From Macrostomum lignano (lineage: Eukaryota), in contig NIVC01000030.1 of NCBI GenBank assembly GCA_002269645.1, positions 1 through 64,000 on the forward strand: a stretch of DNA of 64,000 bases, read 5' to 3'. Each line of letters opens with the position of its first letter. The stretch's first letter is position 1. A program made the position numbers and the translations under genes. This document shows positions 45,829-60,074 of this stretch, in pieces. The notes under the pieces were generated by a model. The model was not told where the DNA came from. It worked only from the letters and a program-made list of their open reading frames with translations, and searched no databases.

Positions 45829-48800
45829 ATGCACTGCATGTCTAATTGTTTTCTAATTAACATTGCTTCTTCGATAAGACCTGGACGTAAACTCTTGTTA
45901 AATTGTTCCGCGCAGAGCTTACGCTGTTTCAAAATATCAGCAGCAGCAAAAACAAAGACTACAGGAATGCAGCAGACCCCAAGCTTCGCTAGTAATAGAC
46001 GTTTCGCTCTTCTGGTTATTGGCGATGAAATTCTTAAAGGCCAAGTTGCCGATACCAACACTTATTATCTTTGTCGTCAGTTAACTTCGCTGGGTCATCG
46101 AGTTTGCGAAGTGTCAGTCATAGCGGATTCCAAACAGGTCATTGCCGATCGAGTCCGGTATCTGTCAGCCAACTATGATTACGTCATCACCACAGGCGGC
46201 ATTGGGCCGACGCATGACGATGTCACTTTTGAAGCAATCGCTGGCGCCTTCAACGAAACGACGCATCATCATCCTGAGTTGGTGTCGATTGTTAGACAAT
46301 ATTTTGATAAAACTGCTGATCCTAACGAACCAATTGAGTCCTATATTCACAAGCCTTACATGCGACTGTGCCGGGTGCCGTTGTCAGCTGTGCTAAATTA
46401 CGGATTTGATGCTAGCACTAGCAAACGCTCCGAATATCCGGTAGTTAGCGTTAGCAACGTTTTCGTCTTTCCTGGCGTGCCGAGTCTGTGCAAGAAGGTG
46501 ATTCTTTGAAAATTTAGATGCATATTTTCCTATAAATGCAATGCGTCGCGTTCAAAACTGCACATTGAACTTAGCTCGTTTCCTTGAAAGCAACGGAAGT
46601 CAAAACTTGTGATACTAAATCAACTAAGCGAAAATTGGTAGAGAGGTACATTTTGCTTTTTTGGACTTAAGCCAACAAGCTACGAGTACTTAAGTCATTC
46701 AAGAACGCCAGCCATTTAACAGGATGTAGCTCGTAAAAGTGTCAGCTGAGACTTATTAGTCTTGACGATTCAGCATATGGATGAACACGTAAAAAAGCTT
46801 TCTGGGGTGTTTCATAGATTTTACAAGCTACAACCTGAATAGCTACAAGTTACAAGCTAAAAGAAAGATTGTTTAACAAGGCTGCTTGTAGATTTTAGCC
46901 AAAAAAAATTACGTTTACAAGCTTGTAGCTATTTTTTATCGTCTATGGTAAATACATCTACGTCTTCGAAGACAGTTAACTTGGAAACGCAACGAGCGTC
47001 GGGGATAACCAAATAAGGCTTAAATACTATCAGACAATTCTTATGCATGTTCCTCCCGAAACCTTGACATGTAATCGATGTAGTTCGCGTTCCAGATGAA
47101 ATTTACACACTCTTCAAACGTGTGCCACCGCTTGAGTTCGACAGAGTCTTTGCTATCATCATGAGACGAGTCAAATAACACAATAATTTAATCAAAATAA
47201 TAGTTGAAGGCAAGAAGACAAAAAGTGCTTCAATAACAAATTTACAAGCTTGAGCTTGAGCAAAAGAAGACAACTCTTCAACTTTTCAGCCAAAACGCTT
47301 GTAGCACGAACTTGTAACTATTCTCTTGTAGCTTGTAAAACCTTGTAGCTTCGCTAAAATATATAATCGGAAAATCCTTGATTGAAAAAAACATCAATTA
47401 AATAGCCATTGAAAAATTCTCCTGAAACTAATAGTCGTACAGCAAATGACACCGCTATGTTTAAGGCAGGGCACGTAGTGTATAGGTATATAATATAATA
47501 AAACTAAAGACTATCACACTTATAAATCACCCAATTAACTAAGGCCTACCGACTGATGGAGAGCCAGTTCAAAGGTCGCAATCAGCAGCAACAATCATCA
47601 AATTCTGTCAACAGTACTGACAAGGCCTCTTCTAGAAGCAACGATTCCCCATCGCCAGTACCAATCGATACGGCCGATAATATCTATATTAATCGGGACG
47701 AAATTAATCTGACACCAATTATTGATAATTTGGTTGCAAAATTTCCCAGCGTAACAATTGGCAGCTATCCAGAATGGCACAATCGATATTATAAGACTCG
47801 GATTTATCTGGAAGCTGGTACGGTGGACGAATTGACAGCTTGTAGGAAGTTTCTTACCGATCAATTTGACGCTAAAGAGTTGGTTCGTTACGACCCCGAT
47901 CCAGTGAAACGCGCCAACATTAAAGTTGAACAATTTATTGTTGATACACAATCCGACAATCTGAACCAGTTTCAACTGGCATTCGATGTTGCTAAACGAG
48001 CTATTAGTAACTATGGACTAGATGCTATCGCTGTTGGTTTCAATGGCGGCAAAGATTGTACAGCCTTGTTGCATTTGGTGTACGCTGCTGCCGCCGCTAC
48101 TACTACTATTGGTAGTAGTAAGGGTTAGTGTAAAATTCTTACATTTTCTATGCGTACGCAAGAATTAATATATTGGATAGGGCCGCAACCCTAAGTGGCG
48201 CCAATATTTGATCTCTTAGTGAGCGTCCTTGTCTCTTGGTGGGCGCCCCTGTCTCTTAGTGAGCGTCCCTGTCTCTTGGTGGGCGTCCCTGTCTCTTGGT
48301 GGGCGTCCCTGTCTTTTGGTGGGCGCCCCTGTCTCTTAGTGAGCGTCCCTGTCTCTTGGTGGGCGTCCCTGTCTTTTGGTGGGCGTCCCTGTCTTTTGGT
48401 GGGCGCCCCTGTCTCTTAGTGAGCGTCCTTGTCTCTTGGTGGGCGTCCCTGTCTCTTAGTGAGCGTCCCTGTCTCTTGGTGGGCGCCCCTGTCTCTTAGT
48501 GAGCGTCCCTGTCTATTGGTGGGCGCCCCTGTCTCTTAGTGATCGTCCCTGTCTCTTGGTGGGCGCCCCTGTCTCTTAGTGAGCGCCCGTGTCTCTTAGT
48601 GGGCGCCCCTGTCTCTTGGTGGGCGTCCCTGTCTCTTGGTGGGCACCCGTCTCCTGGTGGTCGCCCCTGTCTCTTGGTGGGCGCAGCTGTCTCTCTTGGT
48701 GGATGCCCCTGTCTCTTGTGGACGCCCCTGTCTTTTGGTGGGTGGGCGCCCCCTGTCTCTTGGTAGATCCCCCTTATCCCTGGATCGCGCCTGGCCCCCT

Positions 48801-49376
48801 CTGCGTACACTACTAATATCGATAGTTTTAATTTTAACAACTGGTACTGTCTGTTAGTTAGTTGTCTATACATATCGGTAGTTAAACAACAGTGAAGCAA
48901 TACAACTCGTTAATGCACACCGTCTGTCTCAATTTTTTAGGCCAACAACAGCAGAAATTGCGCCTGCTCTATTTGCGTTCTCGACAACAATTTCCCGAAG
49001 CCGAATTGTTTATCGATGAAACTGTAGAACGATATTCGCCTAATGTGCAGCTGCTTGCTTACGAAGGCGATATGAAGGTAATTTCTGATTATCTGGAATA
49101 GATTCTACTGATTTCGTACTGACTGTAACGCTTTCGATTCTGTACAAATTGATAGAAATAAATTTGTATCGATCCTCTTCCTTCGACTTCTATTTATTTT
49201 TCAATTCACGTTTAGACCTGTCTTCACGAGATGAAACGCGATTGGCCAAGCATTAGAGCCGTGTTCATGGGCACCAGAAGCACAGATCCTCGGTCTGGCC
49301 ATCTGAACTATGAGCAGGTATGTTGTTTGAGTCTTTGTTTGAGTCTTTGTAGTAAGTAAATTTGTAGTAGTAACAG

Positions 49377-49430
<54 letters not shown>

Positions 49431-49504
49431 CCTATCTATCTATATATCTATCTATCTTCCTATCTATCATCTATCATCTATCTATCTATCTATCTATCTA
49501 TCTG

Positions 49505-49535
<31 letters not shown>

Positions 49536-49603
49536 GTCTATCTATCTATCTATCTATCTATCCATCTGTTTATCTATCTACAAAATTTGTATATATCTAT
49601 CTT

Positions 49604-49683
<80 letters not shown>

Positions 49684-50136
49684 TATTTGATATTTCCCGC
49701 CATACATGACAGATGAGTGCAGGTTAAAACGCCACACTTATCAACAGACATTAAGCCCCACTGTACACTGTACAGTGCTGCAGTATCAATCAATTTTTCT
49801 CAGATGACGGACGTTGAGGCTGGATGGCCGGAGTTCCTGCGCATCTCGCCGCTGCTCCAGTGGTCCTACTCGGACGTGTGGCGATTCCTCCGCACCCTCT
49901 GCCTGCCCTACTGCCCGCTGTACGATCGGGGCTACACGTCTCTAGGCGACATGTCCAACACGCACCCCAATCCCAAGCTGCAGTACAAAGATTCGCGTGG
50001 ATTGTTAAAGTACATGCCGGCCTATTGTTTAGAGTCGGGTAGCGACGAACGGAAAGGCAGAAATCAGCAGCCGCAGCAGACTGAGTCTTCATCTGGGCCA
50101 GATGCCAAGAATGGCGGAGCCAGGCCTGCGTTGTGA
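45829..50136 (+). CDS. FLAD1: FAD synthase (molybdopterin-binding-like domain plus PAPS-reductase domain); exons 45829-46497, 47544-48123, 48941-49077, 49216-49317, 49804-50136
   Basis: LLVIGDEILKGQVADTN, TTGGIGPTHDDVT, GSYPEW, GFNGGKDCTALLHL, VFMGTRSTDP, YCPLYDRGYTSLG; splice phases compatible. Confidence 0.95.
48215..48770. repeat. Intronic ~20-bp tandem repeat (GTGGGCG[T/C]CCCTGTCTCTT[G/A])
   Basis: Directly visible. Confidence 0.92.
49378..49683. repeat. (TCTA)n then (GTA)n microsatellites
   Basis: Directly visible. Confidence 0.95.
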
Positions 50137-50298
50137 TTTGCTTTTTTATTCAATTGATTACTTGAAAGACATTTTCCAATCAATTAGTTCTTTCTCAGTG
50201 GTTTTGTTTAATAACAATGCGAATCGATATTTTTGAATTTCTGTGTTTAGGCAATTTCATTATTGTATATTTAATAGTATGCTAAGCTGAAGTTGTCA

Positions 50299-50720
50299 GG
50301 GGGGGGCGTAACCCAGTGGTCCAGCGCGGCCCTCTGTTGTGCCAGCGGCCCAGGCTCGATTCCAAGTGCAGTCAACATTAATTTGCAGTGCAGTGAAGTG
50401 TACACTGTACACTCCTGTGTGAGTGTGTGCCTGTGCGTATGACTGCGTACGTATCCGCGCGCTTGTGTGCCAACGGCGCAGACCCCCCCCTCCCCTTTGC
50501 CGATAACGCCACACCCCCAAGGCACAGAAAGTGTACATGCCAGACGGTTAGAAAGCCAGAGCCGCTGTACACCCTGTGTGAGCGTGTGCGTGAGTGCGTG
50601 TCTGTGTACGTTATTGGCGCGTTGGTATGTGCTCAAAAGTCAAGGGACTGGGTGGTTTTAAGACTATGTCACCGAAGGTATTTCGCCAGGGTGTCCACTA
50701 CCATCCTGCGAATATCCTGC
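50299..50720 (+). mobile_element. tRNA-derived SINE-like element (3' end approximate)
   Basis: A-box-like TAACCCAGTGG (50309-50319) and B-box-like GGCTCGATTCC (50353-50363) at tRNA spacing. Confidence 0.5.
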
Positions 50721-50984
50721 TAGCAAATTATTGATTAATTTTTACTGTCTCTCTGCGTGCATCATTATTGTTTTTCTTTTAATTACAAAAGTAAATCTTC
50801 GCATAATTTTGTTTAGTTTATAATTGACGTTGGTGTAGAGTAGATGTTTTTTAGTGTTGAGAACTTACATTTAGTTAGTGCTCTAAGTTATAGTTCTTAA
50901 AATTAATCTATAGTTTTCTTTTATTTGTTGCTTTGTAGTTAAATTTGATTGATTGTATGCAACTGTGTGTCTAATAAGGCAGAA

Positions 50985-51220
50985 AGACAGACAAATAGGA
51001 CACAGCAGGACAGACACTAAACAGACACTAGGATAGGTAGACAGACAGACATTATGACAGGAAGACAGACAGACAGACACTAGGACAGGTAGACAGACAG
51101 ACAGACAGACACACACTAGGACAGGTAGACAGACACTAGGACAGGCAGAAAGACAGACAGACACTAGGACAGGTATGCAGACACTAGGACAGGTAGACAG
51201 ACAGACAGACAGACAAACAA

Positions 51221-51279
<59 letters not shown>

Positions 51280-51349
51280 CTAGGACAGGCAGACAGACAG
51301 ACAGAAACTAGGACAGGCAGACAGACAGACAGACAGACAGTAGGACAGG

Positions 51350-51383
<34 letters not shown>

Positions 51384-51500
51384 CTAGGACAGGCAGACAG
51401 ACAGACAGAAACTAGGACAGGCAGACAGACAGACAGACAGACAGACACTAGGACCGGCAGACAGACAGACAGACAGACACTAGGACAGGTAGACAGGACC
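50985..51500. repeat. (GACA)n compound microsatellite
   Basis: Directly visible. Confidence 0.95.
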
Positions 51501-51619
51501 GGCAAAAGTGTACACACGCGGTCAGACAAATAAATGTTTGGCTTTTTTTTTAACTTATATTTTTTCTATATTAAACGTTTTTTTCAGTCAACCTTTAATA
51601 ATCTTTCAGTCATTTAAAA

Positions 51620-52039
51620 ATGGCTCCGCTTCTTCTACTCGCTTTCTGCTTTCTTCCTCTCCTAGTAGACGGCAGCTCGGAGAGTTTCTTTTTGGAAGAT
51701 TTTGCCGACACTCGCTGCAAATGCGTCTGTCCGCGAGGCTTCCCCGCTGCTCCTACTGCTGCTGCTCCCACGGCCGCCGCAGCTGTCAAGGACTCCGCAG
51801 CTGCCACTCAGCCTCAGAAGCGTCGAGTCTGGGTTGCTCAGGTCCGACCCGGCGAGAAATGCGGCTGCGAAGCCACCGTGACCGCTTCGGCCGCCTCCGC
51901 CTCCGCCGCCTCGGCTGCCGCTCAACTCGCCGAATATTGCAGACGGTGCAAATGCCAGGCTGAGAGCAGGAATTCCGCTGTGCAGAAGGTGAGGCTGTTT
52001 GTCTGAATCTGTCTGTCTGTCTGTGTGTCTGTCTGTCTT

Positions 52040-52084
<45 letters not shown>

Positions 52085-52095
52085 CTGTCTGTCTT

Positions 52096-52136
<41 letters not shown>

Positions 52137-52150
52137 CTGTCTGTCTTTCT

Positions 52151-52184
<34 letters not shown>

Positions 52185-52270
52185 CTGTCTGTCTTTCTGT
52201 CTGTCTGTCTGTCTGTCTGTGTGTCTGTCTTTCTGTATGTCTGTCTGTCTATCTGTTTGTGTGTCTGTCC

Positions 52271-52324
<54 letters not shown>

Positions 52325-52337
52325 CTGTCTGTTTGTG

Positions 52338-52380
<43 letters not shown>

Positions 52381-52387
52381 CTGTGTC

Positions 52388-52440
<53 letters not shown>

Positions 52441-52477
52441 GTCTGTCTGTGCGTCTGTCTGTCTGTCTGTCTGCCTT

Positions 52478-52526
<49 letters not shown>

Positions 52527-53011
52527 GTGTCTGTCTTTCTATCTATCTACAATCTGTCATTTTGTGTACTAATATAGACTATTTTCATTTTTAAGTGTAT
52601 CCCCTTGTACTCATAAACCAACTGCTGCAGGTGGTGATAATCTCCCTACTGTTAACCATTGGCTGCCTGTGCCTCTACATGCTGCTGCTGTTCCTGCTGT
52701 GGAGCAGCCGCGGCGCTCGCGACCAAACCGGCCGGACGTGTCGCGCTTGGCTGTCGGACATTTACCAGCTGATCTGCTGCCGACACCCTGACGGAGTTGT
52801 CGGAGCCGAGGATGAGCAGGCCTTCCCTAGAGAGGATGCTGATACCGGCCATTCAGACGAGGGAGCTTCGGTTGGCGATTGGTCGGGAGTTCGAATCCGG
52901 ACAGCTAGCGACGCGGTGGTAACCAGGGCTCGGGCTAAACAAGCCGAGTGGTCGAAATCTGTGGCGGCTCAAAGAGACAGGGTTTATCGGCATCGGTCTA
53001 TGCTGCAGTGA
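51620..53011 (+). CDS. TMEM9: TMEM9-family transmembrane protein; exons 51620-51988 and 52631-53011
   Basis: Signal peptide; [11 protein letters not shown]; [13 protein letters not shown]; TM helix; C-terminal [19 protein letters not shown]. Confidence 0.85.
52005..52550. repeat. (TCTG)n intronic microsatellite
   Basis: Directly visible; accounts for the SVCL ORFs. Confidence 0.96.
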
Positions 53012-53164
53012 CTATTCTCTTAATCCTCATGATCTGTATCTCAATTATTATGGTATCTAGTCAGTGTCTGTTGCTGGTTATTGTCTAAACTGTTGCTAAC
53101 CCCTTGTTTTTTGCCCCTTTCCACTAATTAACGCTATTGGAAACCTATATAATTAAGCGATAGT

Positions 53165-53620
53165 TGACACCCCAATTAGGCGACTTCTGACACCTTAATT
53201 AGGCAAAGTCTGGCACGCAAATTAGACTACTCCTGACACTCAAATTAGGCCATTTCTGATAGCTAATAGAGGCGACTTCTGACACCCAAATTAGGCAAAG
53301 TCTGATACTCGAATTAGAAAAATTCTGACACCCAAATTCGACAACTTCTGACACCCAAATTAGACAAATTCTTACACCCAAATCAGGGGACTTCTGACAC
53401 CCTAATTAGGCAAAGTCTGGCACGCAAATTAGGCCATTTCTGACACCTAATATAGGCAACTTCTGACACTCAAATTAGACGACTTCTAACACCCGACCGA
53501 ATTAGGCAATGTCTGACACCCAAATTAGGTGACTTCTGACACCCCAACTAGGCGACTTCTGAAACTCAAATTAGGCCACTCCTGACATTCACATTAGGCC
53601 ATTTCTGACACCCGGATTAA
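53165..53620. repeat. Degenerate ~22-bp tandem repeat (TTCTGACACCCAAATTAGGC)
   Basis: Recurring unit with substitutions. Confidence 0.8.
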
Positions 53621-54396
53621 GCGTCTGTGATCCCCTGATTGGTGTCCTCTTAAAGACCTAGCAAATAATTGGAGGTTCTCTTCCAGGTCTTTTCCGTACC
53701 CTCGTTTAGCTTTCTATGCGATCAATAAAAGTACAGCTACGATTACGAAGCAATGAGTGTTTTTTTAAAACACTCAGCTCGTGCAATAAATTCAAATGCT
53801 GTGCTACCATTGCAATACGTTTAAACAATTTTTGTTTTACATTTTTGCTTGGATTTGAATTTTGCATACAAACGCGCTATTCTAAGTTGTATTAGTGGCT
53901 AAATAATCTGGTCATGATTTTATATTATCTTATCGTTAAAAACCTTTAAATCTATCTATATGTGCTTTTAATGTTCAAAGGTGTACTTTTAGTTCAGAAT
54001 TTTAAGATTTCACAACGATTATTTTGTTTTTATTAGTTGCCTTCAAAAGCTTTAATATTGTAACGAATATTTTTTTACCCTTAACTGAGATTGGTCACGC
54101 TTATTGGTAAAGATTTTTGGCTCCAAGCAATAATTCGATTATAATCTTTGTTATGTAGCGAACATTTTTCTTGAAAAAAACGTTTTAAATCTTTATTTGC
54201 ATTTTTAATAAAAAATTATAATTTTTTGTAATTTATAACGCCCTACTATAGTACTTAAATCTGAGTTATATTCATTTCATTATTTTTGTATCTAAACTAC
54301 TTAAAAGTAGGTCATAAGTAGAATAGTTGTCGTTTTGTCGAAAAATTCAATTTTTATTTGTATTTTTCTGGCTGCTTTTTAAACATTATATAGCTC

Positions 54397-57300
54397 ATGA
54401 AGCTTCGCTGCAAACTACAAGGCGGACCCACCAGTCCTCCTGGTGGCGGTGCTCAAACGGTTGAACTGTCCGATAATGCTACTCTAAGTAGTCTGATTAG
54501 CGCAGTGGCAGCCGAATATGGCGTAGCTGCCGATTCTATTCAATTGAGCCAGAATGGCCGAGACCCATTGTCAGCTCCTGCTGACTCCACGCCTGACAGT
54601 ACTAGTGTCAGGAGTTTGGGTTTAGTGCCCGGCGATCTTATCTACGTGCGCTCCTCTTCTGGTACTACAGTTTCTGGTAAGTTGGCCGGCCGATATGTAT
54701 GTATTTGTTATTGTTTTATTTCTTTAAACTACTGAAGGTGTCAAGTCAGTAGTCGTCATGGATATTTTTATTAGCAAGTATGCACTTTCATCAGTTGCTC
54801 TAGAAGATGACTGACTGATACGTATCGAAGTACTGTTTTTATATAATATCCGATATGTATCGAAAAAAATTGTTTTTTACGTTACGATATGCATCGAAGA
54901 AAATGTTTTTTAAACTATTCCATATGTATCGGAAAAAAATTCATGCTATCCGATATGTATCGAAAAACTGTTTTTTTAAATATCCGATATGTATCCAAAA
55001 ACTATTTTTTAAATATCCGATATGTATCGAAAAAAGAGTTTTTCATGCTCTCCGATATGTATCAACAAACTGTCCTTATGCTATTTGATATTTGATATGT
55101 TTCAAAAACCTGTTTATCTTCGCCGATATGTATCTGAACGAGACTGTTATTATATTATCCGATATGTATTGAAGGACAGTTATTATACTAACCGATATGT
55201 ATCGAAATTAAACTTTGCACTCTATTATTTAAAGCCACAACAGGTGCACAGCCGTCACCAAGTAACTCAGCCAAATCAACTGCGCCAACTTCTAGCAAGA
55301 GTACGCCAACAGACTCAGCAGCCGCTGTACCAATTTTAGTCGGAGAAGTGCCCAATCGTTCTGTTCAGTTGTGCCCGTCGCTGCACTTGATGCAAAGATT
55401 GTACACCAACACTACTAATAGCGGGGCTACTACTATAAGTAGCCAATTGCTTCGATTCACTCTAGCCGCCCACTGTCTCATGGTGGAGACAGGATTCTTG
55501 TCTATTGACCCGGCAACTGGTCAGACTCATCAAGATTTGCTCTCTTCAGGATTCGAACCCGCGGGCCCAGAATCCGCTGCTGCCGCTAACCGAGTACTGA
55601 CTCGGTATCTTCTGCCGGCCGAGTTTACTAACCATGAATCTTCGACCACTGCTGAACCTGTCTCCTACTCTATCCAATATATTTATCATTTAACCAGACA
55701 GAGCGAATTTGGATCGGCTGCTCCTAGAATTCTACTGAAAGTAGTGCGAACTGGTCAGTTAGTATTGTGTCATTGCGCTGTTTGGCAATCGGCTGTTGTT
55801 AGTCCTGATAGTGGCAGCGAGGAGAGGCCGACTGAAACTCTGTGTTGTCACTCGTGGCACTGCAGCCTGGACCGATTCGTGCCCAGTCGGTCGTCTAGCG
55901 GTACTGGATACGAAAATTTGAAACAACTATCTGCGTTGTTTAAAGACGCTGTGAGTTTGTTCGATGTTTTTTGCTGTAGGTTAAATGCTGAGTTGGAACT
56001 AGAAGCTAGCGATATGTATTGAAACATCTTCTGGCAGGCTACTAAACAATTCAGCCGATATATATATCGAAATAATCATTATTTAGCTACAAATATCTTA
56101 TTAAAATATTACAGCCGATATGTATCGAAATTTGTATAAGTAAGCAGCTTATAGCCTATTAAAATACTACAGTGGATATATATATCGAAATATTCATTAG
56201 TTAGCTACTACTAGTAATAGTCTTTTTAAAATACTACAGCCGATATGTATCGAAATATTCATTACTTAGCTCCTAATAGCCTATTAAAGATACTACAGCC
56301 GATATGCATTGAAATATTCATTAGTTTGCTACTGATAGCCTATAAAAATATTACAGCCGATATGTATCGAAATATTTATAAGTTAGCAGCTTAAAGACTA
56401 TTAAAATGCTACTGTGGATGTATATCAAATTATTTATTATTAGCCACTAATAGCCTTTTTAAAATGCTGTAGCCGATATGTATCGAAATCGTAATTAGTT
56501 TGCTGCTGGTAGCCTATTAAAAGTATTACAGCCGATATGTATCGAAGTATTTATTAGTTAGCAGCTTATATCCCATTAAAAATACTACAGCCGATATGTA
56601 TCGAAATATTCATTAGTTTGCTGCTGGTAGCCTATCAAAAGTCAGCCGATATGTATCGAAGTATTTATTAGTTAGCAGCTTATATCCCATTAAAATGCTG
56701 CTGTGGATATATTAAAATATTTATATGGTTAGCCACTAATATGCTTTTTAAAATACTAGAGCCGATATGTATCGAAATATTCATTAGTTTGCTACTGGTA
56801 GCCTATTAAAAATATTGCAGCCGATATGTATCGAAAAAGCGTTTCCCTTTAGAATTCATCAGTGAGTCTCAGCACAATACGCACTTAAATTAAAACTGCA
56901 TACTTTTACTTTATTAAGTAGTATAATTCGCGCATCAATTTTTCTAGATAGCCGAACGAGCCAAGTCGGCCATACACGAAGCCTGCGGCCTGCCGCTCCG
57001 AGGCCTGACCGGCCTGCCTACAGAGCTGGTGCTGCGGATCATGCGCTACTGCCACGGGCCTCGCGCTGTCTGCTCGCTGGGAGAGGCTTGCCGCCGTCTG
57101 CAACTGCTGCACTCTGACAACTATGTGTGGCGGCCTATGCTGGTTAGGGACTATGGCACCGGCTCTGAGAGGGTTGCTCAGTACCTGCAGGCCGAACGGC
57201 AGGTGAGCTTGCTTGGGTAAGGGTGCCGGGCCAGCCTCCCAGATCCTCAGTTGCTGGGCCAGCCTCCCAGATCCTCAGTTGCCGGGCAAGCCTCCCATAT

Positions 57301-58110
57301 CCTCAGTTGCCGGGCCAGCCTCCCATAGTGTCAGTTGCTGGGCCAAACTCATAGATCCTCAGTTGCTGGGCCAGCCTCCCAGAGTGTCAGTTGCTAGGCC
57401 AGCCTCACAGATCCTCAGTTGCTGGGCCAAACTCCCAGATCCTCAGTTGCTGGGCCAGCATCCCAGAGTGTCAGTTGCTGGGCCAACCTCCCAGATTGTC
57501 AGTTGCTGGGCCAGCCTCCCAGATCCTCAGTTGCTGGGCCAGCCTCACAGATCCTCAGTTGCCGGGCCAGTCTCAAATTCCCATTTCGAGCAGTCCCAAA
57601 TCCTAATTTTGAGCAGTTCCTAATCCCCATTGTGAGCAGTCCCAAATCCCCATTTTGAGCAGTCCCAAATCTTCATTTTGAGCAGTCCCCAAATCCTCAT
57701 TTCAAGCAGTACAAAATCCCCATTTTGAGTAGTCCGAAACCTCCATTTTGAGCAGTCCTAAATCCCTGTTTTGAGCAGTCCCAAATCGCCATTTTGAGCA
57801 GTTCTGAATCCCCATTTTGAACAATCCCAAATCCCCCTCTGCCACCCTGCAGGGCCTGGAGGTGAACTACTATGAAGCCTATCGAGTATTTCACGAGGAG
57901 CGAGTCAAGCGTCGGCGAATGCTGGCAAGGCTAAGCAGCCGTGAGCTCGCCCCGTTAGCGCCGCCGGCTCCATGGCTGGATCTGCCGGGCGTGCTGCCTC
58001 CTCTAATCGGGTTGAATCCATTTCAGGCCCCGTTGATGCTGCAACCGGAAATCCCAGAATTGCCGTTCATACCCAGGCAGCACTTTCCGCCGCCTGCGGG
58101 TGAAGATTGA
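54397..58110 (+). CDS. FBXO7: F-box protein 7-like (Ubl, FP/PI31 domain, F-box, Pro-rich tail); exons 54397-54676, 55235-55950, 56948-57202, 57853-58110
   Basis: MKLR..SLGLVPGDLIYV (Ubl); AAHCLMVETGF..LKQLSALFKD (FP); GLTGLPTELVLRIM..WRPMLVRDY (F-box); Pro-rich C-terminus; phases compatible. Confidence 0.85.
56050..56835. repeat. Intronic ~60-bp AT-rich tandem repeat with a CCGATATGTATCGAAA core (core also at 54850-55205)
   Basis: Core recurs in two introns of the same gene. Confidence 0.85.
57225..57570. repeat. 28-bp minisatellite, same family as 5125-5579
   Basis: Same consensus, more diverged. Confidence 0.92.
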
Positions 58111-58259
58111 GCAACTCATTTCATAACTAAGTTGGTCATTTACGGGGCTTTGTTTGTGGAATATTGAGTTCGAGTTGAGTAAGGAACCGTTTTTTAAAAG
58201 ACGTGGGCTAGTTTCAGTTGTGGTAATTTTTATGTCCGGACTATAACTGTCTTTATGCG

Positions 58260-59040
58260 AGTTTAGTTAGTTTTTTAGGTCTATTTAGTTGGTTTCAGGT
58301 CCCGTTTAGTGTTTTTTGGGTCTATTTAGCTAGTTTTAGTTCTATTTGGTTAGTTTTTTAGGTCTATCTGTTGGTTTCAGGTCCGTTTTAGTGTTTTTAG
58401 GGTCTATTTAGCTAATTTTAGTTCTATTTATAGTTAGTTTTTTAGGTCTATCTGTTGGTTTCAGGTCCGTTTTAGTGTTTTAAGGGTCTATTTAGCTAGT
58501 TTTAGTTCTATTTTGGTTAGTTTTTTAGGTCTATCTGTTGGTTTCAGGTCCGTTTTAGTGTTTTTAGGGTCTATTTAGCTAGTTTTAGTTCTATTTAGTT
58601 AGTTTTTTAGGTCTATCTAGTTGGTTTCAGGTCCGTTTAGTGTTTTTTGGGTCTATTTAGCTAGTTTTAGTTCTATTTAGTTAGTTTTTTAGGTCTATCT
58701 AGTTGGTTTCAGGTTCGTTTAGTGTTTTTTGGGTCTATTTAGCTAGTTTTAGTTCTATTTAGTTAGTTTTTTAGGTCTATCTAGTTGTTTTTAGGTCCGT
58801 TTAGTGTTTTTAGGTCTATTCAGCTAGTTTTAGTTCTATTTATAGTTTGTTTTTTAGGTCTATCTGTTGGTTTCAGGTCCGTTTTAGTGTTTTAAGGGTC
58901 TATTTAGCTAGTTTTAGTTCTATTTTGGTTAGTTTTTTAGGTCTATCTGTTGGTTTCAGGTCCGTTTTAGTGTTTTTAGGTCTATTCAGCTAGTTTTAGA
59001 TCCAATTATAGTCATTTTTCGGCCCATTTAGCTAGTTTTA
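58260..59040. repeat. T-rich tandem repeat (TTTTAGGTCTATTTAGCTAGT-type units)
   Basis: Directly visible. Confidence 0.88.
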
Positions 59041-59309
59041 GATCTGTTTAACAGTATAACTACCAAAGAGGGCGGAATTCCCCCTCCCCTGACAATTTTT
59101 TGGCTGCGCCGGAACGGAGCAACGCAGGCACACGAAATTCAAGAACACGGACTAACTTTTTATTGCGCACCTTCTCAAACAAGAATCAAGTCTCCAGCCC
59201 CCCCCCCGGACCGTCGAGATATTCGACGATTCTGCCAGAAGGTGGGATTTTTCCCATAAGCGCCAGTGTATTCAGTACACCCCTGTGCGCCAATCTCCAA
59301 ATTTCATCA

Positions 59310-59690
59310 GCACGTCGATCACATGTGTCTGCATCGGTTCTGCCTTCGTTGGTCGCTGGCCTTCACCCAGGTGGAGCTTCTGGACCTTCAAAAGGTGGCA
59401 CTTGGTGACTATGAACACGTTGTTGCAACGTTGATCTTCATGGTCACCTAGTGCCACCTGTTGAAGGTTCGGCAGCGTCCGGGTGATGACGGAATACCTG
59501 AGAGACCAGCTGAGGATGCCCAGCAGTTGAGTTTTGCCCATTTGAAGCTTGATAAGAAAATTCTGACATAATTGCAACAGGATCTACATTGTCACCTGGT
59601 GTCACCTGTTGGAGGTCCAGAGGCTCCACCTGGGTGGGGGCCAGTGACCAGCGGGGGCGGAACTGATGCAGACACATGTGGTCGACGTGC
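59310..59690. repeat. Long imperfect inverted repeat, 119-bp arms (59310-59428 / 59572-59690)
   Basis: Opposite-strand ORFs translate to near-identical peptides (HVDHMCLHRFCLRWSLAFTQVELLDLQKV vs HVDHMCLHQFRPRWSLAPTQVEPLDLQQV). Confidence 0.85.
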
Positions 59691-60074
59691 AAGTCAAAAT
59701 AGTTAGCTTCAGCTTGGATTATTTAGCCAGCTTTAGAATAGACGATCGTGTGTGATCCCCGAAATGTTCGTATGTATGCATGCACATTATTTTCATCGTC
59801 AATTGTCAACTTGGTTTACACACGTTTTCATGCTGACTCAGGCCATATTCTTTCAAAACTCGATGAACTCTGTCCGGGCGGACATCTGTCGGTTGAACTT
59901 TAAAATTGGAAAATACACGGTGGAAAACAGACTGATTGTATTGGCATTAATTTTGTTGATTTACACAATTTTTTAATTGTTCTGTCTCGCTTTGGTTTGT
60001 TAAATATTTTACTAGGGAGTTTCGGGTCTCGTGAAATCTGAGTAATTCCCTCCGAACTCTAAAGCATCTAAGAA

